Shown: positions 40,141 through 47,750 of the stretch, piece by piece
How positions within the stretch are numbered: the first letter of the stretch is position 1
Layout: each line of letters opens with the position of its first letter
NCBI GenBank assembly: GCA_016214565.1
Contig: JACROE010000002.1
Location: forward strand, 664,007 to 728,006
Direction: 5' to 3'
Length of the DNA stretch: 64,000 nucleotides
Source of the DNA: Candidatus Kerfeldbacteria bacterium
GTDB taxonomy: Bacteria; Patescibacteriota; Patescibacteriia; UBA10025; JAHIVO01
The notes under the pieces: generated by a model
Database searches by the model: none
The model's input: only the letters and a program-made list of their open reading frames with translations
Told to the model about the DNA's origin: nothing
Program-made: the position numbers and the translations under genes

Positions 40141-41283
40141 ATGCCTCGACGAATTCTCATTTTTATTATCAGTGGGAGCATTATCGGCATCGTGGGTTTC
40201 TGGGCTGCCTCAGCTCAGGCTGCGGTCATGAGCGTTGCGCCGCAATCCCAGACGGTTTCACTGGGGGACACGTTTATTGCCACCGTGCAGGTGGATAGCG
40301 AGCGGGAATACATCAATGTGGTGCAAGGCACTATTGTGTATCCCACTGACCTGCTCGAGGCAGTTTCCGTTGATACGGGAGCTTCTTTTCTCAGCATGTG
40401 GGTCACCCCGCCTACCATTGATGCGGCTAGTGGCACCATTGCATTCCTCGGTGGCAAGCCAAATGGCACGTTGGTGGCTGACAGCCCGGTACTGCGCATT
40501 ACTTTCCGCGCGCGGGCACTAGGAACCGCTACGGTATCGATGAATGATTCCGATGCCGTCATTCATCTCAATGATGGCAATGGCACGCGGGCAGCATTGA
40601 GTTTATTGACAGCTCAATGGAGTATTACTAATCCCGCGCCTGACAATTTAGCTATTGAATCCGCTACGCATCCGGATCCTGATGCCTGGTATCAGGCAAC
40701 GACATTTCAGGCAACCTGGGAAAAGCGAGCGGGGGCATTCTATAGTTATGAAATTTCCGACCAAATCACCACAATTCCCGATGACATTGCCGATGAGCCG
40801 AGCGATCAAGCCAGCTTTGCGGATGTGGGGGATGGTATTCATTATTTCATTCTGCGTGAGCGGCTGCCGCGCGATGACTGGCAGGTCGTCGGCATTCGTC
40901 GATTCCAAATTGACGCGACGAAGCCGCTGCCGATTGACGCGGTCGTGCATCGCGACGACCAGTCGTATAATGGACGGTATGTCTTGAGTTTCAATACCTA
41001 TGATACGACGTCCGGTGTGGACTTCTATGAAGTAGTCGAGGGAAATCAAGTCGTTTCTCCCGCGACCAGCCCGTATCTACTGACTGATCAATCGCGTCGC
41101 GATGAGATTGTCGTGCGCGCCCTTGATCGAGCGGGGAATACTACTCAGACCATCATTGCCAGCGCCGGGGCTCCGAGCGTCGTTGACTCGGTTGATATGA
41201 ATATTATACTAGTCTGCGGCATTGTTTTAGGGCTTGCCGTTTGCATCTTAGCTTTTGCCGCGTTGCGGCGTCGACCATCATGA
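40141..41283 (+). CDS. Cohesin-domain surface protein with a C-terminal TM anchor.
   Basis: The ATG sits immediately after the upstream stop. After a signal peptide comes a cohesin-like block SVAPQSQTVSLGDTFIATVQVDS...VQGTIVYPTDLLEAVSVDTGASF...GTIAFLGG, then a SxxHPDPDAWY domain. Confidence 0.65.
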   Translation: MPRRILIFIISGSIIGIVGFWAASAQAAVMSVAPQSQTVSLGDTFIATVQVDSEREYINVVQGTIVYPTDLLEAVSVDTGASFLSMWVTPPTIDAASGTIAFLGGKPNGTLVADSPVLRITFRARALGTATVSMNDSDAVIHLNDGNGTRAALSLLTAQWSITNPAPDNLAIESATHPDPDAWYQATTFQATWEKRAGAFYSYEISDQITTIPDDIADEPSDQASFADVGDGIHYFILRERLPRDDWQVVGIRRFQIDATKPLPIDAVVHRDDQSYNGRYVLSFNTYDTTSGVDFYEVVEGNQVVSPATSPYLLTDQSRRDEIVVRALDRAGNTTQTIIASAGAPSVVDSVDMNIILVCGIVLGLAVCILAFAALRRRPS

Positions 41284-43679
41284 AGATCCGTATATTATTA
41301 TTAGGAGTATTATTGGTAGGAATTTTTTTTGCGTTACCATGGATTGCCGATGCTGCCACGCTCCAATTATCGCCGAGTAGCGGAAGCTATAATTCAGGAC
41401 AAACATTTTCTGTTGAGTTGCGCGTCAACAGCGACGGTGTAGCGATAAACGCGGCGGAATCAACCATCCGCTTTCCGCAAAATCTTGTTCAAATCGAATC
41501 AATTTCCTCGGCCGGCATTTTTACCTTTTGGCCGGTTAGCCCAACTTTTTCGAATGCCACCGGGATTATGTCCTTTAGCGGCGGACTGCCCAATCCTGGA
41601 TACACCGGCAGTGCGGGAAAAATTTTGACTATTATGTTCCGTAGCATCGCTGCGGGGTCAATTCAGATTCGCACCGAAAATAGTCGAGTGCTCGCCAATG
41701 ACGGCCAGGGGACCGATGTTATGACGACGGAAGGTACGATTGGCACCTTTGCGGTTTCTGAAGACCCGGTCGTTTTGCCTGATGCGCCGACTGTTTCCTC
41801 ACCTTCGCATCCCGACCCGAACCAGTGGTACAATAATCCAAATCCGATTTTTTCCTGGGATCCGGTGAGCGGTGCGACGGGGTATAGCGTGGCGTATGAC
41901 GATCAGCCTGCCACTACGCCTGATACGACGGTAGACGTGATTGGGACGACGCAGGCCTATACCGCCATTGGTGATGGTACGTGGTATTTCCACATTCGTG
42001 CGGAAAACGTTGATGGCTGGGGTACTACCGCACATTTTCGAACTCAAATTGATTTGACAGCTCCTGAACCATTTTCGATTGAGTTTCTGGATGGCACGTC
42101 ACTGACGAATACCACGCTCCGGCTGAGCTTTATGACAACCGATAATGGCTCAGGCATGGCATATTACGGAGTGGTGATCGATGGAGGAGATCCGATTCGG
42201 GTTGAGGTTGGCTCGGCCGATTCTTTTTCGTATTCGAGTTTGAGTTTTGGTTCACATAGCGTCATTGTTCGCGCCATTGATGCGGCGGGGAATGCCGCTA
42301 CTGCCAGCGGCTCTTTTACCATGACACGACCCAATCCGCCGGTATATATCCCTAATGATTCTGATCGGCCTGATCAAATCATCATCGATACGATTGATGA
42401 AATTTTACCTACCCCAATCCGTAATTTTAGTTCGGCGGTAAGCAATGTGGTTAATCGTATCCAGCAGAATGAGGAAGTAGTTAGGATAATTGAAGAAATT
42501 ATTACGCCCGTTATCAGCACCACCGCAGTGGTGACGGCCACCGGCGTCGCTACGAGCGTGGCAGCGTTGCAATTAGGGAATGTCATTTATTTATTCCTGC
42601 GCGTCGGATATCTCTGGTTCGTTCCGGTGGCGGTCGGTAAGCGGCGCAAGCCCTGGGGCATTGTATTTGACAGTACTACCAATCAGCCGGTTCGCCGATC
42701 GATAGTACGGATTTTCTCGAAAGAATTTAATAAATTAAAAGAAACGCAAATCACCGACGGTGAAGGGCGTTTTGGCTTTTTGATCGAGCCGGGTAAGTAT
42801 TTTGTGACTGCCTCGCATCCCGGCTATACCTTCCCTTCGAAATTACTGCGCTCGGCTTCGGTCACGCCATTTGAAAACATTTATCTGGGTGACACCCTGG
42901 AAATGAAAACAGCCGGCCAGCAAGTTTTGGCCATCAATGTGCCGATTGATCCGGACCAGGGAGAAATACCGCGCTCACGGATTCTCTGGCTGCGGGCATT
43001 TAATACAATCGGCAATATTTTAGAGCGTGCCAGCCTGCCATTATTGATTGTCGGTACGATTTCCAGTTGGGCATCACTGATCATTCAGCCGATCACCAAT
43101 AATTATTTATTCCTGATGGTGTACGGTCTCTTGATTATTCTGAAATACCTCGTCTCTCATCATTATGAGAAATCATGGGGAACGGTGGTTGACGCTGCTA
43201 CAAATGCACCGATCGAATTAGGCGTCGTTCGTATTTACAATATGATGACGACCAGCGTGGTAGGGACCCGGGTGACGAATACGACGGGCCAATTCCAAGC
43301 CTTGGTTGCGCCTGGAAAATATTATTTGGTGGTGGTTAAATCAGGCTATGAATCTTTCCAGAGCAAACCGATTATTGTGACGCGAGAGCGCGGCATGATC
43401 CGTTTGACCGTGAAGCTGCGCAAGCATGCCGCACCCGGTGAGCAGCGCGCGGCGGGTGATAAAGCGGTCGAATTAGACTCAATGCGCAGTGATGAGCAGG
43501 CGCCCTTTGCCCCACCCCCACTCCAGGACGTCCGATCAGGCGAGACGCAGGTGGAGGAATCAGCCGCCACGGCTCCGGCTTCGGATTCGCCTTTTGCCCC
43601 GCCAACCTTGCGTGTCGTACCTACAAAGAAGGACAGCTTTTCACACTCAGAACCATCAGGCAAACCTGAAAAAAAGTAA
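41280..43679 (+). CDS. Cohesin-domain protein of about 799 aa with two carboxypeptidase-regulatory-like domains and several TM segments.
   Basis: ATGA overlaps the upstream gene. N-terminal cohesin-like block ATLQLSPSSGSYNSGQTFSVELRVNSDGVAINAAESTIRFPQNLVQIESI. An SPSHPDPNQWY domain follows. CarboxypepD_reg-like segments are WGIVFDSTTNQPV...TDGEGRFGF...GKYFVTASHPGYTF and WGTVVDAATNAPI...GKYYLVVVKSGYESF. Confidence 0.6.
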   Translation: MKIRILLLGVLLVGIFFALPWIADAATLQLSPSSGSYNSGQTFSVELRVNSDGVAINAAESTIRFPQNLVQIESISSAGIFTFWPVSPTFSNATGIMSFSGGLPNPGYTGSAGKILTIMFRSIAAGSIQIRTENSRVLANDGQGTDVMTTEGTIGTFAVSEDPVVLPDAPTVSSPSHPDPNQWYNNPNPIFSWDPVSGATGYSVAYDDQPATTPDTTVDVIGTTQAYTAIGDGTWYFHIRAENVDGWGTTAHFRTQIDLTAPEPFSIEFLDGTSLTNTTLRLSFMTTDNGSGMAYYGVVIDGGDPIRVEVGSADSFSYSSLSFGSHSVIVRAIDAAGNAATASGSFTMTRPNPPVYIPNDSDRPDQIIIDTIDEILPTPIRNFSSAVSNVVNRIQQNEEVVRIIEEIITPVISTTAVVTATGVATSVAALQLGNVIYLFLRVGYLWFVPVAVGKRRKPWGIVFDSTTNQPVRRSIVRIFSKEFNKLKETQITDGEGRFGFLIEPGKYFVTASHPGYTFPSKLLRSASVTPFENIYLGDTLEMKTAGQQVLAINVPIDPDQGEIPRSRILWLRAFNTIGNILERASLPLLIVGTISSWASLIIQPITNNYLFLMVYGLLIILKYLVSHHYEKSWGTVVDAATNAPIELGVVRIYNMMTTSVVGTRVTNTTGQFQALVAPGKYYLVVVKSGYESFQSKPIIVTRERGMIRLTVKLRKHAAPGEQRAAGDKAVELDSMRSDEQAPFAPPPLQDVRSGETQVEESAATAPASDSPFAPPTLRVVPTKKDSFSHSEPSGKPEKK

Positions 43680-43689
43680 AGGGAAACCT

Positions 43690-43717
43690 TTGACTTGCGT
43701 GAAAATTGTGGTATACT
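43690..43717 (+). promoter_or_regulatory. Promoter upstream of tRNA-Val.
   Basis: TTGACT at 43690-43695, a 16-nt spacer, then the extended -10 TGgTATACT at 43709-43717. Confidence 0.45.
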
Positions 43718-43863
43718 AGGCCTAATTCGCGCGTTTTTTCAGTCTATTTTGGGCTTGTAGTTCAGTCCCGACGCGAAGCGGTTGGAATTCCGACTGAAAC
43801 GTCAGAATTGGTTAATCGTTAGTAGTACATGATAGTTGATCGTCGATATTTAAATATGTTTAT

Positions 43864-43940
43864 GGGTTCGTAGCTCAGTTGGTTAGAGCGCCACATTGAC
43901 ATTGTGGAGGTCAGAGGTTCGACTCCTCTCGGACCCACCA
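43864..43940 (+). tRNA. tRNA-Val (anticodon GAC).
   Basis: GGGTTCGTAGCTCAGTTGGTTAGAGCGCCACATTGACATTGTGGAGGTCAGAGGTTCGACTCCTCTCGGACCCACCA. The cloverleaf is intact. Confidence 0.85.
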
Positions 43941-45500
43941 CTTGGAAAAGTCACCATTTGCACTGCCAATACTCCGCTGATGTTCGCCCACCATTTGAGG
44001 TCCGAACGTGCCATTTTCGGACTCCGACAGGCACAGTGATTTTTGGATGAGTTCGAATGGTTTTTGTGCCTGAATGTTGAGGATTTTGTCTTTTAGAAAA
44101 AGGTCCGAACATAACGTCTTGATTAACTTCCGTCGATCTTCCGGGTTACTCTTGGCAAACGTCGTTCTTGCATTGATTGCGGTATTAAACACTTTGCGTG
44201 TCGCTTCAGAAGCCGTCTGAGCCGATTCTTCAAACTCAAATATTCGCCGTTCCAGATCAATTTTTTCAGACTGGAGAAGGGCTTGCCGTTCCCGGTACTG
44301 GTCGTCAGTTATTAACCCGCGCAGGCGGAGCGTGAGTAGTTCAGTGAGTTCTTTGGTTTTCAGTTCAAGCGTGCGTTTCAGCGACCCAAGTCTGGCGACA
44401 GATGCATGTTCGCTCTGTTTGTTTAAGTCAGCTAGTGCCTGGGAAATCCATTCTCTGTACTGCAACGGCAATGAGACTGAATCCATGAAATTCATTAACT
44501 GTCGTTCCAAATACTCTTCGCTAATCGCTCGCTGGGAACAGTCGACGCCCGCTTTGTGGCGGGTACACCGGTAATACGTGTAGCGCGTTCCGTAGCGATT
44601 CGTCTTTTGTTCCGCTGTCACCGAGGCGGCGCATTCTCCGCATTTAATCAGGCCAATATACAAATGGTCGTGCCGCTGTGGGCGCACTGGATTGCGACCA
44701 TGAAGAATATTCTGTACCTTGTCGAATTCTGACTTGGATATCATGGGTGGATGAGCGCCTTTGAAGATTTCTCCGTTGACGCGGAGTACGCCGTAATAGA
44801 AAGGGTTCTGGAGTAATTTCACAAGGCCAGAGAATGCCATCGGCCCTCGTTCGCTTCCATCCCGCAGGGGCGTCATGAGCTTCAGTTGCTTTGTCGCCAG
44901 CCGATGCACCTGCGAGATGGAACTTGTGCCGCTGAGCATTTCGTCCCACAATCGCCGCACGAGATCAAACCGGTCAGGGTCTTTGATGATCGTCTTGTTC
45001 ACTTTCTCATTGAGATAACCAATCGGGGCGGTACGGGGAAGCCAGCCGAGCTCGAGTTTCGCTCTGATACCGCGCTTTACGTTATCCGATAAGTCATCGA
45101 CGTACTTCTTGGCCATGCCGAATTCGAGCTGAATCCAGAATTTGTCGTTTCCTGAATTGGTATACATTGCTGAAGGCGTTATGATTTGCGCCAGTTGCCC
45201 CTGATCGAGCGCCCAGATCAAAGCACCACCGTCGAGTGGGTTTCGGGCAAGCCGGTCGAGTTTCCAGCAAATGACAGTACCCAATTGACCGCGTTCGATG
45301 AGTTTGAACATTTCGTTGAACACCGGCCTGCCCGGAGACTTCGCCGATTTAGCCTCGATATAGACTCTGTCTACTGATAGTCCATGCTGCGCGGCAAGGT
45401 CGTGCATTTCTTTGACCTGAGAGTCAATCGACAAGACCTGCCGGTCTTCCGATTCACTTGATTTGCGGGCGTATATCGCCACGCGGATATTGTTCTTCAT
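43911..45500 (-). CDS. Large serine recombinase: resolvase/invertase N-domain, recombinase domain, zinc ribbon and coiled-coil.
   Basis: The N-terminus MKNNIRVAIYARKSS...QVLSIDSQ contains the catalytic Ser. The ORF track extends it to 45575, but the start was chosen at this Met. The last 9 codons (...KWWVREESNL*) are encoded by the 3' 30 nt of tRNA-Val. Confidence 0.8.
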   Translation of the reverse strand: MKNNIRVAIYARKSSESEDRQVLSIDSQVKEMHDLAAQHGLSVDRVYIEAKSAKSPGRPVFNEMFKLIERGQLGTVICWKLDRLARNPLDGGALIWALDQGQLAQIITPSAMYTNSGNDKFWIQLEFGMAKKYVDDLSDNVKRGIRAKLELGWLPRTAPIGYLNEKVNKTIIKDPDRFDLVRRLWDEMLSGTSSISQVHRLATKQLKLMTPLRDGSERGPMAFSGLVKLLQNPFYYGVLRVNGEIFKGAHPPMISKSEFDKVQNILHGRNPVRPQRHDHLYIGLIKCGECAASVTAEQKTNRYGTRYTYYRCTRHKAGVDCSQRAISEEYLERQLMNFMDSVSLPLQYREWISQALADLNKQSEHASVARLGSLKRTLELKTKELTELLTLRLRGLITDDQYRERQALLQSEKIDLERRIFEFEESAQTASEATRKVFNTAINARTTFAKSNPEDRRKLIKTLCSDLFLKDKILNIQAQKPFELIQKSLCLSESENGTFGPQMVGEHQRSIGSANGDFSKWWVREESNL

Positions 45501-45846
45501 ACGTTCGAAGTATTGAGCCAAAAGTAATGAGGCGGTTCGCCATATCCCACGCTTCCGCGTCGGACAGCGTTTCACCGGTCGTTTGTTTGTGTATTTGTTT
45601 GAGGTTTTCTATGTGTTTTTGCAGGAGGGGCATGTTCGGCAGTATGCCCGCAAACGGCCAGGGGCCGCAATTGAAACAAGAGGGGAACTCATGGACTTGC
45701 TTGTGGAAAACCGCTTCCCGCACAATATCATTGACTCCGGAGTCCCAATGTCATAATCTTAGAGAAAGCTGACGTAGGATTTGCATAGGCGGTCTGTTAT
45801 TGGACTGCCGACTTTAGGCTATGATTAGTGCGAGGAAGAGCGTGCA

Positions 45847-46587
45847 GTGATGAAGAAGCTGAGTGCCAGAACAGAGGTAGCACAGCGGAGGGAAAGACGC
45901 ACCAGTATTGTCAGGAATTCACAGAAATCGCTGTATCTAGCGGAGAATAACGGAGATGGACTTGACGGGGAAGGTCACTTTCCTCTAAGAAAGCGACATT
46001 CAAGCCCAAACGTCAGAAGCACCCGCGCAGAATACCACCTGACCAAGAGCCGGTTGCGCGTGCTGTTTGCCGCGACCACGAACGAGCGTGACCGGCTCAT
46101 TATGGCGCTCATGGCCGGAACGGGTATGCGAAGGGCAGAGATCACCGCGCTCCAAGTCTCTGACCTGAGACTTCAAGAAAACCTCCTGGTCGTGACGAGT
46201 GGAAAGGGCGGCAAGTCCCGTCTGATACCCCTGACACCAATACTTGCAGGTCAGATTCAGTCCTACTTACGCGGACGCACCGAAGGTCCGGTCTTCCTGA
46301 GCAGATTCAACGGCGCGCTCTGTAACCGACAGCTTAACCGTATCGTGGAAAACGCGGGGAAGCGTGCGGGAGTGAATCACCCCGATCCGCGAAAGACCAA
46401 ACTCACCTGTCATCTCTTTCGCCACACATTCGCCCGGCTCTGGAAGGATGCAGGTGGTAGTATCGAAACGCTTTCATCCATTCTCGGACACGCGAGCCAG
46501 GCAACCACTCTTGACCTGTACGGCAGGGAAGGCTTGTCCGACGTGCGGGCGAACTATGCAAGAACCATGAAGAAGATAGGCATATAG
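45847..46587 (+). CDS. Tyrosine recombinase, catalytic domain only, probably N-terminally truncated.
   Basis: R...HLFRHTFA...LGHAS...Y catalytic residues are present (MRRAEITALQVSDL, CHLFRHTFARL, ILGHASQATTLDLY). No recognisable N-terminal core-binding domain is present. Confidence 0.65.
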   Translation: MMKKLSARTEVAQRRERRTSIVRNSQKSLYLAENNGDGLDGEGHFPLRKRHSSPNVRSTRAEYHLTKSRLRVLFAATTNERDRLIMALMAGTGMRRAEITALQVSDLRLQENLLVVTSGKGGKSRLIPLTPILAGQIQSYLRGRTEGPVFLSRFNGALCNRQLNRIVENAGKRAGVNHPDPRKTKLTCHLFRHTFARLWKDAGGSIETLSSILGHASQATTLDLYGREGLSDVRANYARTMKKIGI

Positions 46588-46614
46588 CGAAAACCAACGG
46601 GTAGGAGGAATCTA

Positions 46615-47628
46615 ATGAAGAAAGTGGTATTGGCATCGGTATTGTCCCTGTTGCTGTGGTCGTGCGGCAAGGATAAGGCAACTGATCCGGGCGGACAGGA
46701 CCCGACTCCGCCGACTGTTGTCTCAACCACACCAGCAAACGGGTCCACGGACATCCCGGCGGATATTGTCCTGCAGGCCACATTCTCTCACGACATGGAT
46801 GCAGGTACCCTGACCAACGCCACGTTCACCGTAAGCAATGGCGTAACCGGTTCCGTTTCATACAGCAACAAGGTAGCTACATTCACTCCGAGCGCATCCC
46901 TGACCGCTAATACGTCGTATACGGCAACTATATCGACCGGGGCAAAAGATGGGGCAGGCACCCCCTTAGTGCAGGCGTTCTCTTGGTCGTTCACGACTGC
47001 GAACCCGCCTACGGTCACGGATATTGACGGCAACGTCTACCAGACCGTCACCATCGGTTCGCAGGTCTGGATGAAGGAAAATCTGAAAGTGACTCACTAT
47101 CGCAACAGCGATCCGATACTTCACGTTACGGATAACGCGGCATGGCTCGGTTCCGCTTCCGGGGCTTACTGCGATTACGACAACAATTCAGATAACGTCT
47201 CGACGTATGGTCGCCACTACAACGGCTTTGTGCTCAACGACAGCCGGGGCATAGCGCCCGACGGATGGCACATCCCAAGCGACGACGAATGGTTGACGCT
47301 TGAACGGCAACTCGGGATGACGAATCCTCAGTCTATCCTGAACGGCTGGCGCGGAACGACCGAAGGAGGGATGCTGAAGGCTCAGGGATATTGGGCGAAT
47401 CCAAATGAGGGCGCGACAAACGCAAGCGGATTCACCGCTTTGCCCGCCGGTTTTCGCTATCCGAATGGTTCCTTTCAGAGTCAATTGCTCTATGGCGGTT
47501 TCTGGACATCCACGCTGTCGGGAACCGAATTTGCCTACGCCCGCGCTCTGAGTTACGACACTGCCGCGGTGTATCGCGCAGGGTACGACAGGAGACAGGG
47601 TATGTCCATTCGCTGTGTCAAAGACTAG
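46615..47628 (+). CDS. Lipoprotein with an Ig-like domain and a Fibrobacter-succinogenes-major-paralogous (FISUMP) domain.
   Basis: Lipobox LLLWSC. FISUMP hallmarks: TIGSQVWMKENL, DGWHIPSDDEW, GGMLKA, SGFTALPAG, FWTST, GMSIRCVKD. Confidence 0.75.
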   Translation: MKKVVLASVLSLLLWSCGKDKATDPGGQDPTPPTVVSTTPANGSTDIPADIVLQATFSHDMDAGTLTNATFTVSNGVTGSVSYSNKVATFTPSASLTANTSYTATISTGAKDGAGTPLVQAFSWSFTTANPPTVTDIDGNVYQTVTIGSQVWMKENLKVTHYRNSDPILHVTDNAAWLGSASGAYCDYDNNSDNVSTYGRHYNGFVLNDSRGIAPDGWHIPSDDEWLTLERQLGMTNPQSILNGWRGTTEGGMLKAQGYWANPNEGATNASGFTALPAGFRYPNGSFQSQLLYGGFWTSTLSGTEFAYARALSYDTAAVYRAGYDRRQGMSIRCVKD

Positions 47629-47750
47629 ACTACCGTTGGCGAATCAGATAACGGCTGATTCAACGCGTTTAGGTTATCCATACGGGACGTGTACAAAAAG
47701 CAACCCCTCGATCCATAGTGGATGAGGGGTTGGTAAGAGATTGAGAAACA

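Noticed and set aside
43745-43810. tRNA-like 5' segment GGGCTTGTAGTTCAGT... upstream of tRNA-Val.
   Set aside because: It cannot be folded into a cloverleaf. It has no anticodon arm or T-arm and contains only a GAATTC-centred hairpin. It may be a degenerate tRNA remnant within the tRNA-Val leader, but it is not reportable as a gene.
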